The notes under the pieces were generated by a model that had not been told where the DNA came from, ran no database searches, and was given only the letters and a program-made list of their open reading frames with translations. From the NCBI GenBank assembly GCA_018263575.1, contig JAANWX010000002.1, positions 7,552-71,551 on the forward strand: 64,000 nt of DNA, read 5' to 3'. The position numbers were made by a program, and so were the translations under genes. Shown in pieces: positions 55,438 to 63,469 of the stretch. This DNA comes from Chloroflexota bacterium. Its GTDB lineage: Bacteria > Chloroflexota > Anaerolineae > Anaerolineales > UBA11858. The first letter of the stretch is position 1, and the number at the start of each line of letters is the position of its first letter.

Positions 55438-55646
55438 CCGGTAAGTCGATTGGAAATCGACGCTGTTCTGCAAAACCGACCTTGCCCAAAGGGCACGCAC
55501 AGCGCGTCGGTTGATCTAATCCGCGTAGGCGGATTTTGCGCACCGGCGGCGAATTCGATTCGCCCGGTAAGTCGATTGGAAATCGACGCTGTTCCACGAA
55601 ACCGACCTGCGTCGGTTGATTCTAATCCGCGTAGGCGGATTTCGCC
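55437..55646. repeat. Tandem duplication of an 85-105-bp multi-hairpin element
   Basis: Copy A is 55437..55540 and copy B is 55563..55646. Both contain cccggtaa-gtcgatt-gga-aatcgac-gctgttc...aaaccgacc..gcgtcggttgat.ctaatccgc-gtag-gcggatt. Copy A carries an extra module ttgcccaaagggcacgcacag. Confidence 0.85.
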
Positions 55647-55674
55647 TTACTCATTACTCATTACTCATTACTCA

Positions 55675-56262
55675 TCACTCTTCACTCCCTTCAAAAGCAG
55701 CAATCTCCGCTTCGTGCTTGAGCAAGTACCCCAATTGATCGATGCCCTCGAGCAGACACGTTTTGCTAAAGGGATCAAGGGGGAAAGCGGCCTCCGTCCC
55801 ATCTGGGAGTTTCACCGTTTGGGCGGGGAGGTCGATGCGCACCTCCAGGGAGGGAGCAGAGTCCAGCGCGGCGGCCAGTTTGGCGTGGGTTTCCGTGTCC
55901 ACCGTCACCGGGAGCAGGCCGTTCTTAAGGGCGTTGTTATAAAAAATATCGGCGAAGGAGGTGGCAAGGATGGCCCGGATCCCCCATCCGGCCAATGCCC
56001 AGGGAGCGTGCTCCCGGGAAGATCCGCAGCCAAAATTATCACCCGCCAACAGAATTTGCGCCTCCGCGTATTGGGGCTGGTTGAGGGGAAAATCCGGGTT
56101 TGGATCCCCATCGTCCAGATACTGCCACCCGGCAAACAACCCTTCGGCCAGACCGGCCTTATCGGTCACTTTCAGGTAGCGGGCGGGGATGATTTGGTCG
56201 GTGTCGATATCGTCCCGGAGGAGGGGGATTACGGGGGAGGTTAGGGTTTTGAATGGGTTCAT
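55675..56262 (-). CDS. leuD: 3-isopropylmalate dehydratase small subunit
   Basis: 195 aa, ..GDNFGCGSSREHAPWAL... There is no SD upstream, because an array abuts the ATG. Confidence 0.95.
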   Translation of the reverse strand: MNPFKTLTSPVIPLLRDDIDTDQIIPARYLKVTDKAGLAEGLFAGWQYLDDGDPNPDFPLNQPQYAEAQILLAGDNFGCGSSREHAPWALAGWGIRAILATSFADIFYNNALKNGLLPVTVDTETHAKLAAALDSAPSLEVRIDLPAQTVKLPDGTEAAFPLDPFSKTCLLEGIDQLGYLLKHEAEIAAFEGSEE

Positions 56263-56328
56263 TAGTCGAGTAGTTGGTAGTCGAGTAGTCGTTAGTCGGG
56301 TAGTCGTTAGTCGTTAGTCTGGTAGTCA
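56263..56328. repeat. Hexa/heptamer array (TAGTCG/TAGTCGT)n abutting the leuD start
   Basis: tagtcgagtagttggtagtcgagtagtcgttagtcgggtagtcgttagtcgttagtctggtagtc. Confidence 0.9.
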
Positions 56329-56477
56329 GGGGATAGCGAAGGTTTTGCCAGAGGCACGCCTACGGCGTAACTTAGCGCAGTGGTTCGGTGGGGAGATGGT
56401 TCGTTCCTCACCACAGGCCTTCACTATCGTGAGTTGGTAGTCAGGTAAATCACGCATCACTCGTTACTCATTACTCA

Positions 56478-57899
56478 TTACTCTTCACGTTTCACGTCTC
56501 CACACATCACTCTCGGATCTATGACCTTTCCAGCCACAGCCGACGCCGCCGCGGTGAGAGGACTGGCCAAAAAGGTGCGCCCTCCCGGCCCTTGGCGGCT
56601 TTCGAAGTTGCGGTTGCTGGTGCTGACCGCGTATTGGCCAGGGGATAGTTGGTCCCCGTTCATGGCCAGGCACATGCTGCAACCGGCGTGGCGCCATCCC
56701 GCGCCCGCTTGCCGGAAGACCTCATCAAGGCCCTCGGCCTCAGCCTTTCGGCGGACGTTCCCAGAACCGGGGACGACCAACATGCGCACCCCTTCGGCGA
56801 CTTTTCGCCCGCGCAGCAAGTCAGCCGCGGCGCGTAAATCGTTGAGGCGGCCGTTGGTGCAGCTCCCCAGGAAAACAACATCAACCGGATGGCCTTGCAA
56901 GGGCTTTCCTGGCGCCAAGTCCATGTAGCGGAGGGTTTTTTCCAGTGCCGCGCGCCGGTCCGGGTCACTTTCCCTCGCCGGGGTGGGGATGGGTTGGCGG
57001 ATCGGCCCGCCCATGGCCGGGTTGGTGCCGTAGGTGATCATCGGTTCCAGCGCGGCAGCGTCCAGGGAGATTGTTTGGTCGTAGCTGGCCCCCGGGTCGG
57101 AGGAGAGATTCCGCCAACGGTCCAGGGATTCTTCCCAGGCTTCCCCCACCGGCGCGGAGGGACGTCCCCGCAGATAGGCGAAGGTGGTCTCGTCGGGAGC
57201 GACCATCCCCGCCCGCGCCCCGGCCTCGATGCTCATGTTGCACAGCGTCATGCGCGATTCCATATCCAGGGCACGCACGGCCGGGCCGGTGAACTCGATC
57301 ACGTGCCCGGTCCCGCCGCCCACCCCAATCTCAGCGATGAGGGCCAGAATCATATCTTTGGCAGTGACTCCGGCGCCGAGTTGGCCTTCGAAATGAACGC
57401 GCATGGTCTTGGGACGATTTTGGAGCAGGCTTTGGGTGGCCAGGACGTGTTCCACCTCGCTGGTGCCAATCCCAAAGGCCAAGGCCCCGAAAGCGCCGTG
57501 GGTGGAGGTGTGGCTGTCGCCGCAGACGATGGTCATCCCCGGTTGAGTCAGGCCCTGCTCCGGCCCCACAACATGGACAATGCCGCGCTGGGGGTCATTC
57601 AGGTCGTAGAGGTGAATCCCAAAATCCCGGCAATTGGCCTGTAACTGGCGGATTTGCTTTATACCCTGTTCATCCATGGCCGCCAGAGAGAGTTCGATGG
57701 TGGGGGTGACGTGATCCATGGTCGCCACGGTCTGCTCCGGGCGGCGAGTGGGCAGCCCCTTTTCCCGCAAGCCGTTGAACGCCTGCGGCGAGGTGACCTC
57801 GTGAACCAGGTGCAGGTCAATATAAAGCACAGCCGGGGAATCGGGTTCCTGGAGGACTACGTGAGCGTCCCAGATTTTTTCAAAGAGTGTTTTTGGCAT
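56478..57899 (-). CDS. leuC: 3-isopropylmalate dehydratase large subunit
   Basis: [27 protein letters not shown] 57899..57897 overlaps the TGA of the upstream micro-ORF (UGAUG). The track alternative is GTG at 57902. Confidence 0.95.
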   Translation of the reverse strand: MPKTLFEKIWDAHVVLQEPDSPAVLYIDLHLVHEVTSPQAFNGLREKGLPTRRPEQTVATMDHVTPTIELSLAAMDEQGIKQIRQLQANCRDFGIHLYDLNDPQRGIVHVVGPEQGLTQPGMTIVCGDSHTSTHGAFGALAFGIGTSEVEHVLATQSLLQNRPKTMRVHFEGQLGAGVTAKDMILALIAEIGVGGGTGHVIEFTGPAVRALDMESRMTLCNMSIEAGARAGMVAPDETTFAYLRGRPSAPVGEAWEESLDRWRNLSSDPGASYDQTISLDAAALEPMITYGTNPAMGGPIRQPIPTPARESDPDRRAALEKTLRYMDLAPGKPLQGHPVDVVFLGSCTNGRLNDLRAAADLLRGRKVAEGVRMLVVPGSGNVRRKAEAEGLDEVFRQAGAGWRHAGCSMCLAMNGDQLSPGQYAVSTSNRNFESRQGPGGRTFLASPLTAAASAVAGKVIDPRVMCGDVKREE

Positions 57900-58096
57900 C
57901 ACTTCGTCAACTCAGACATGCTCCACTTCTCGGGAAAAGTGCGCGGTTTAGGAAATTTTTCCATCGCGCCATTTCCATTGGATTTCGCCGGCGTGATGAG
58001 GTGCTTGTCGGAGATCATCTCCGCCGTGTTCCACTTTGCGGGATAGGTGCGGGGTTTGGGGAATTTTTCAAATACATACTCAGTTTTTTTAGACAT
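57899..58096 (-). CDS. 65-aa protein of unknown function with two EKFPKPRT(Y/F)P.KW repeats, embedded in the leu operon
   Basis: SD AAGGAG begins immediately after the leuA TAA, 8 nt before the ATG, and the stop overlaps the leuC ATG. The two repeat copies differ mostly at synonymous third positions. Confidence 0.6.
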   Translation of the reverse strand: MSKKTEYVFEKFPKPRTYPAKWNTAEMISDKHLITPAKSNGNGAMEKFPKPRTFPEKWSMSELTK

Positions 58097-58107
58097 TTTT
58101 CTTCTCC

Positions 58108-59745
58108 TTAAACAACAATTTCAGCTTCCTGCTCAAGATACTCTCGAGCAGCAATTAACTTGTTCAACCCGGATAGATAAGCCTTGGCGCTGGCAACGAT
58201 GATGTCGGTATCGGCCCCGTAACCGCCAAAGGATCGGGCGTGGCTGCGTCCGCTTTGGGGCGAGGTGCGGCGGGGGATGGAACCGTTTTCGGGCTTGAGG
58301 CGCACGGTCACTTCCCCGATGGCGTCAATCCCCTCGGTGACGGCGTTGACGCTGAACTCCAGCAAGGTGTTGGGGACTTGGAGGACGTCGTCGATGGCCT
58401 TGTAGGCCGCGTCCACGGGACCGGTGCCGACCGAGGCCTGAACGTACGTTTCCCCTTCCGGGCCATGGAGGCGCACCGTGGCGGTGGGAAGCCCCATCGT
58501 CCCGCAGGCCACCTGTAAACCGGCCAGGCTGTAAATCTGCTTGGCCTGGTACATTTGATCTTCCACCAGCACTTCCAGGTCGGCGTCGGTGATGGTCTTC
58601 TTCTTGTCGGCCACTTGCTTGAAACGCTGGAAAGCTTCCGCCAACTCGTCCTCGCCTAGGTCGAATCCCAACTCCTCCAACCGGGTCTTGAGGGCGTGAC
58701 GCCCAGAGTGTTTGCCCAGCACCAACCGAGAGCGGCTCAGCCCCACCGTGGCGGGGAGCATGATCTCGTAGGTGTTGTTATTCTTCAACATGCCATCCTG
58801 GTGAATGCCCGCCTCGTGGGCAAAAGCGTTGGCGCCGACGATGGCCTTATTGGGCTGCACCGGCATCCCCGTGTAATTGGAGATCATGTGGCTGATCCGG
58901 GTGATTTGTTTGGTGTCGATGCCCGTCTCCAGGGCGTAAACCGGGTGGCGGGTGTGGAGGGCCATGACCACTTCCTCGAGGGCAGTGTTCCCGGCCCGTT
59001 CCCCCAGACCATTGACGGTGACTTCGGCCTGGCGTGCCCCGGCCATGATCCCGGCCAGGGTGTTGGCGGTGGCCAAGCCCAGGTCGTTGTGGCAATGCAC
59101 CGAGACGGTCACTTCCTCGATGCCGGGGACGTTGGCCATGATCCCGGCAATGAGATCGCGGAACTCATCCGGGGTGGTGTACCCGACCGTGTCGGGGATG
59201 TTGAGGGTGGTGGCCCCGGCCCGGATGGCGGCTTCCAGTACCCGGTACAAGAAAGCTGGTTGGCTGCGGCCGGCGTCCTCGGGCGAGAACTCCACGTCAG
59301 CGCACAAGGCGTGGGCGTAGGCCACCATCTTGGCGACGCGGGCCAGGACTTCTTCCGGGGACATGCCCAGCTTGTGCTCCATGTGGATGGGTGAGGTCGC
59401 CAAGAAGGTGTGGATGCGGGGACTGGCGGCTGGTTGGACGGCTTCCCAGGCGGCGTCGATGTCCGCTTCGGTGGCCCGGGCCAGGCCGCAGATGATGGGG
59501 GGAGGGGATTCCCCCGCCTCGCCCCCCCGTGGCGTGTTGCCCACCTCCTGCGCGATGCGGTAGACGCCCTGGAAATCGTCCGGGGAGGCCACTGGAAAAC
59601 CGGCCTCGATGATGTCCACCCCCAAACGCGCCAGGCCCCGGGCGATCTCCAACTTTTCGGGAGAGGTCAGGGTCGCGCCGGGAGATTGTTCTCCATCGCG
59701 TAAGGTGGTATCAAAAATGCGGACGTAGTTGTTAGGTTTTGTCAT
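58108..59745 (-). CDS. leuA: 2-isopropylmalate synthase
   Basis: [14 protein letters not shown] and [13 protein letters not shown] motifs, plus a C-terminal LeuA regulatory domain. Confidence 0.95.
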   Translation of the reverse strand: MTKPNNYVRIFDTTLRDGEQSPGATLTSPEKLEIARGLARLGVDIIEAGFPVASPDDFQGVYRIAQEVGNTPRGGEAGESPPPIICGLARATEADIDAAWEAVQPAASPRIHTFLATSPIHMEHKLGMSPEEVLARVAKMVAYAHALCADVEFSPEDAGRSQPAFLYRVLEAAIRAGATTLNIPDTVGYTTPDEFRDLIAGIMANVPGIEEVTVSVHCHNDLGLATANTLAGIMAGARQAEVTVNGLGERAGNTALEEVVMALHTRHPVYALETGIDTKQITRISHMISNYTGMPVQPNKAIVGANAFAHEAGIHQDGMLKNNNTYEIMLPATVGLSRSRLVLGKHSGRHALKTRLEELGFDLGEDELAEAFQRFKQVADKKKTITDADLEVLVEDQMYQAKQIYSLAGLQVACGTMGLPTATVRLHGPEGETYVQASVGTGPVDAAYKAIDDVLQVPNTLLEFSVNAVTEGIDAIGEVTVRLKPENGSIPRRTSPQSGRSHARSFGGYGADTDIIVASAKAYLSGLNKLIAAREYLEQEAEIVV

Positions 59746-59772
59746 AGTTTTTTATGTGTGAGTGGCAACGAG

Positions 59773-59807
59773 CATGTGGCATGTGGCATGTGGCATGTGG
59801 CATGTGG
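59773..59807. repeat. Five perfect tandem copies of CATGTGG
   Basis: catgtgg x5 (hand count), flanked by degenerate copies, lying between the ilvC stop and the leuA start. Confidence 0.95.
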
Positions 59808-59820
59808 TATGTTTTACTCT

Positions 59821-60834
59821 TCACTCTCCCGGCTTAATCGTCACCGGTTCTACAAAAGGCATCATGGAGCGTAGTTCCGCGCCAACTTTTTCGATGGTCT
59901 CTTTTTGCTCTTTTGCACGCTGCTCGTTGAACCAGGGGTGGCCTTGTTGGTTTTCTTCAATCCAAATTTCGGCATAAGTGCCGTCTTGAATGTCGCTTAG
60001 GAGTTGGCGCATGGTGGCGCGGGTTTCATCGGTGATGATCTTAGAACCGGCGTAATAATCACCGTGTTCGGCGGTGTCAGAGACGGAGTAGCGCATGTAG
60101 TTCAGGCCGCCGCGATACATGAGGTCAACGATAAGCTTGAGTTCGTGCATGCACTCGAAATAAGCCAGTTCAGGCTGATAACCAGCCTCGGTGAGGGTTT
60201 CGAATCCGGCTTTGACGAGGGAGGAAACGCCACCGCAGAGTACAGCTTGCTCCCCAAAGAGGTCGGTTTCGGTTTCTTCGGCGAAGGTGGTTTGCACGAC
60301 TCCAGCGCGCGTGGCGCCAATCCCCCAGGCGTAAGCGATGGCGTTTTCTTTCGCGCTTCCGTTGGCATCTTGGTGAACGCCTAAAAGGGAGGGGGTTCCC
60401 CCGCCTTCCGTGAAAATCTCACGGACACGGTGCCCGGGTGCCTTGGGAGCAACCATGCTAACGTCCACATTTTCGGGCGGGGTAATTGTTCCGTAGCGGA
60501 TGTTGAATCCGTGGGCGAACATGAGGGTTTTTCCCGCGCTCAGGTGTGGTGCAATGTGCTCGGTATAAACTTGTGGTTGGCGCGTGTCAGGGATAAGCAC
60601 CATGATCGTATCTGCCCAGGCTGAGGCTTCGGCTACGGTACATACTTCTAAGCCCTCCGTTTCTGCCTTTTTCCAGGATTTACTGCCTTCTCGCAAACCG
60701 ACCCGCACGTCCACGCCGTTGTCATGCAGGTTAAGACTGTGGGCGTGTCCTTGAGAGCCGTATCCGAGCACGGCGACTTTTTTGTTCTTGATCAGGTCGG
60801 GGTTAGCGTCTTTGTCGTAATAGATAGTTGCCAT
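59821..60834 (-). CDS. ilvC: Ketol-acid reductoisomerase (class I)
   Basis: [21 protein letters not shown]. 337 aa. Confidence 0.95.
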   Translation of the reverse strand: MATIYYDKDANPDLIKNKKVAVLGYGSQGHAHSLNLHDNGVDVRVGLREGSKSWKKAETEGLEVCTVAEASAWADTIMVLIPDTRQPQVYTEHIAPHLSAGKTLMFAHGFNIRYGTITPPENVDVSMVAPKAPGHRVREIFTEGGGTPSLLGVHQDANGSAKENAIAYAWGIGATRAGVVQTTFAEETETDLFGEQAVLCGGVSSLVKAGFETLTEAGYQPELAYFECMHELKLIVDLMYRGGLNYMRYSVSDTAEHGDYYAGSKIITDETRATMRQLLSDIQDGTYAEIWIEENQQGHPWFNEQRAKEQKETIEKVGAELRSMMPFVEPVTIKPGE

Positions 60835-60846
60835 TTTTAGTTCCTT

Positions 60847-61018
60847 GGTTTGGTGGGTTGGTAGGTTGGTAGATTGGGAAATTGGGAGATTGGGAAACTG
60901 GTGGATTGGTAGATTGGAAGACTGGTGGGTTGGGAAATTGGGAAATTGGCAGATCGGTTCCTAACTCGCAATTCGCAGCTCGCAACTCGTCACTCCTCAC
61001 TCCTCACTCCTCACTCTC
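60847..61018. repeat. Long degenerate array (TTGGKWRR octamers) followed by (CTCGCAA)n/(CACTCCT)n heptamers
   Basis: ggtttggtgggttggtaggttggtagattgggaaattgggagattgggaaactggtggattggtagattggaagactggtgggttgggaaattgggaaattggcag...ctaactcgcaattcgcagctcgcaactcgtcactcctcactcctcactcctcactc. The last part supplies the ilvN tail and stop. Confidence 0.9.
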
Positions 61019-61533
61019 CCCCCATTGGCGCCGGGGGTGTGGCGAATGCCGACGTGGTCACCGCGCATCATGACCACTCGTCCTGTGCGCACCAGTTCCA
61101 GGATGCCGAGGGGGCGCAATAACTCGACCAAGCCTTCGATTTTGTCTTCCGTGCCGGTGATTTCCACGATCACGGAATCGGGCGCGACATCGACGATGCT
61201 GGCCCGAAAGATGGAGGCCAAGTTGGCGATCTCGGTCCGCTGTTCGGGCGTGGCTTTGACCTTGATGAGGACTAAATCTCGCATCACGGCCGGTTGGTTG
61301 GTGACGTCTTGGACGTCGATGACGTTGACCAACTTATAAAGGTTGGCCTCTACGGTGCGGGCGTCAACATTTTCGCTGTCCATGACGATGGTCATGCGCG
61401 AGATGTCGGAACGATCCGTGTGCCCGACGTTGAGGGATTCGATGTTGAAATTCCGGCGGCGAAACAGCGAGGCGATGCGGTTGAGGACGCCGGGGCGGTT
61501 TTCCATAAGTGCAAATACAGTTTGTTGTTGCAT
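60997..61533 (-). CDS. ilvN: Acetolactate synthase small (regulatory) subunit
   Basis: ACT domain, MQQQTVFALMENRPGVLNRIASLFRRRNFNIESL. The tail GGRVRSEE is repeat-encoded. Confidence 0.9.
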   Translation of the reverse strand: MQQQTVFALMENRPGVLNRIASLFRRRNFNIESLNVGHTDRSDISRMTIVMDSENVDARTVEANLYKLVNVIDVQDVTNQPAVMRDLVLIKVKATPEQRTEIANLASIFRASIVDVAPDSVIVEITGTEDKIEGLVELLRPLGILELVRTGRVVMMRGDHVGIRHTPGANGGRVRSEE

Positions 61534-61658
61534 GTTTTCTCCTTCACTTTTAAGCTGGACGCTGATGAACGCTGAGAACGCGGATTCTTTTTTTGGTTTT
61601 TCTCCGTGCTTGTCCGTGCTCCTCTGCGTCCTAAATGAGACTGTTGGGGAGCGATAAG

Positions 61659-63356
61659 TCAGCTTGCTGGTTCCCGGGTGATAGGGCGGCGGATCATGGC
61701 ATCCAGATCTGCGCCAGAAGGGACCAGGGGGTAAACGTTGTCTTCTTTTTCGACGACGAATTCGAGTACCACGGGACCTGGGGTTTCCTGGGCAAACTTA
61801 ATGGTGGGGGAAACTTCATCCGGGGTTGTAGCTCGTTTTGCGGGAACGCCATGGGCTTCGGCGATTTTCACGAAATCCGGCCCGGTCAGGGCTGTGGATG
61901 CGTAGCGTTTGTCCATGAATAATTCTTGCCATTGGCGCACCATACCCAAATAACTGTTGTTGAGAATGGCGACCTTGATGTTGGCTCCTTCTTGGACGGC
62001 GGTGGAGAGTTCAGCTTGGCTCATTTGGAAGCTGCCATCACCATCGATCAGCCAGACGGCTTTGTCTTGGTGGGCAAACCAGCTCCCAATGGCGGCCGGC
62101 AAACCAAAGCCCATCGTTCCCGTTCCGCCAGAGGTGATCAACCGGTAGGGTTTGTCAAAACGATAATATTGAGCCGCCCACATCTGGTGTTGTCCCACGC
62201 CGGTGGCCAGGATGGAGTCGCCTCCGGTGGCTTTCCACAAAGCGCGCACGGCATGAGCGGCGTGCAGCTTGCCATTAACGGGCTGGGACATGATGCTGCG
62301 CTCTTCCGTTTCTTGTCGCCAGGCGGCAATTTGCGTTTTCCAATCCTCGTGTTCGGATTCCTCCACCAGGGGGATTAAATCAGTGAGCACCGTCTTGAGA
62401 TCGCCCATGAGGGGAACATCCACTTCCACGTTCTTGTGTACCTCGGAAGGGTCAATTTCGATGTGGATTTTGCGCGCGCGGGGGGCATAGGTGCGCAGTT
62501 TTCCCGTCACCCGATCGTCGAAGCGCATCCCATAGGCCAACAGCAGGTCGGCGTTTTGGATGGCGTTGTTGCAAAAGGCTTCCCCGTGCATGCCCATCAT
62601 GCCCAGGCTGAGGGGATGGGAGGCGGGGAGGGCGCCCAGTCCCAGCAGAGTCATGGCGACGGGCGTTTGGGTCTTGGTGGCAAAGATCTCGAGCTCTTTC
62701 ATAGCTCCCGACATGAGCACGCCGTGTCCCGCCAGGATGACGGGGCGTTCGGCTTTTTCGATCAGCTTGACCGCTTCCGCCAGATCCTTTTCGGGGGCGT
62801 GTTGGGGAGGTTGGTACCCGGGGAGGGAAATTTCATCAGGGTATTCGAACTCAGTTTCTTCGAATTGGGCGTTCTTGCAAAAATCGATCAACACAGGGCC
62901 GGGTCGTCCGCTGCGGGCGATGTGAAAGGCTTCCCGTACGACCTGAGCGACCTCGCTGGCACTGGTGACCAGATAATTGTGCTTGGTAATCGGCAAGGTG
63001 ACGCCGGTGACATCGACCTCCTGAAAAGCGTCCCCGCCGATGAGGTGGGCGGGAACCTGCCCCGTGATGCACACAATGGGCGAGGAATCCATCATAGCGG
63101 TGGCGATGCCGGTGACCAGGTTCGTGGCCCCTGGGCCGGAGGTAGCCAGCGCCACGCCCACCCGACCAGAGGCCCGCGCGTAACCATCGGCCATGTGCGC
63201 CGCGCCCTGCTCGTGGCGGGGAAGGACGTGGTGAACCGGGTATTTCAACATGGCGTCGTAGACGGGCATAATGGCCCCGCCGGGATAACCAAAAACGGTA
63301 TCAACCTCTTCGCGTAATAAACATTCCCATAAAATTTCTGCTCCAGTTTTTTTCAT
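61659..63356 (-). CDS. ilvB: Acetolactate synthase large (catalytic) subunit
   Basis: The start is moved to MKKTGAEILWECLLREEVDTVFGYPGGAIMP (RBS aaaggagag). The ThDP motif GTMGFGLPAAIG...IDGDGSFQM is present. Confidence 0.95.
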   Translation of the reverse strand: MKKTGAEILWECLLREEVDTVFGYPGGAIMPVYDAMLKYPVHHVLPRHEQGAAHMADGYARASGRVGVALATSGPGATNLVTGIATAMMDSSPIVCITGQVPAHLIGGDAFQEVDVTGVTLPITKHNYLVTSASEVAQVVREAFHIARSGRPGPVLIDFCKNAQFEETEFEYPDEISLPGYQPPQHAPEKDLAEAVKLIEKAERPVILAGHGVLMSGAMKELEIFATKTQTPVAMTLLGLGALPASHPLSLGMMGMHGEAFCNNAIQNADLLLAYGMRFDDRVTGKLRTYAPRARKIHIEIDPSEVHKNVEVDVPLMGDLKTVLTDLIPLVEESEHEDWKTQIAAWRQETEERSIMSQPVNGKLHAAHAVRALWKATGGDSILATGVGQHQMWAAQYYRFDKPYRLITSGGTGTMGFGLPAAIGSWFAHQDKAVWLIDGDGSFQMSQAELSTAVQEGANIKVAILNNSYLGMVRQWQELFMDKRYASTALTGPDFVKIAEAHGVPAKRATTPDEVSPTIKFAQETPGPVVLEFVVEKEDNVYPLVPSGADLDAMIRRPITREPAS

Positions 63357-63373
63357 GTTCTCTCCTTTGATTT

Positions 63374-63469
63374 TGGTATGTTGGTGGACTGGTAAACTGG
63401 TAAATTGGTGGATTGGTTCCCAGTTTCCCGATATACCAATCACCAATCTACCGACCTATACCAATACCG
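63374..63469. repeat. Imperfect long inverted repeat made of TTGGT/ACCAA units between ilvD and ilvB
   Basis: The left arm is ggtatgttggtggactggtaaactggtaaattggtggattggtt. The right arm is accaatcaccaatctaccgacctataccaatacc, roughly the reverse complement with indels. Confidence 0.75.

Noticed and set aside
52540-55514. Long antisense ORFs inside GC-rich genes, e.g. 54171..55514(+) 447 aa, 52540..53406(+) 288 aa, 62436..63317(+) 293 aa, 34775..35518(+) and 56889..57644(+)
   Set aside because: They lie opposite well-supported enzymes (cimA, leuB, ilvB, leuC). They are R/G/P/H-rich with no domains, which is the typical stop-codon-poor antisense frame of high-GC coding DNA.
56355-56425. tRNA-like fragment (..cttagcgcagtggttcggtggggagatggttcgttcctcaccac..) in the leuC-leuD spacer
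   Set aside because: It resembles D-arm (TAGCGCAGTGGT) and T-arm-like strings, but no acceptor stem, anticodon arm or canonical GTTCGAATC T-loop can be built. It is probably just another hairpin module.
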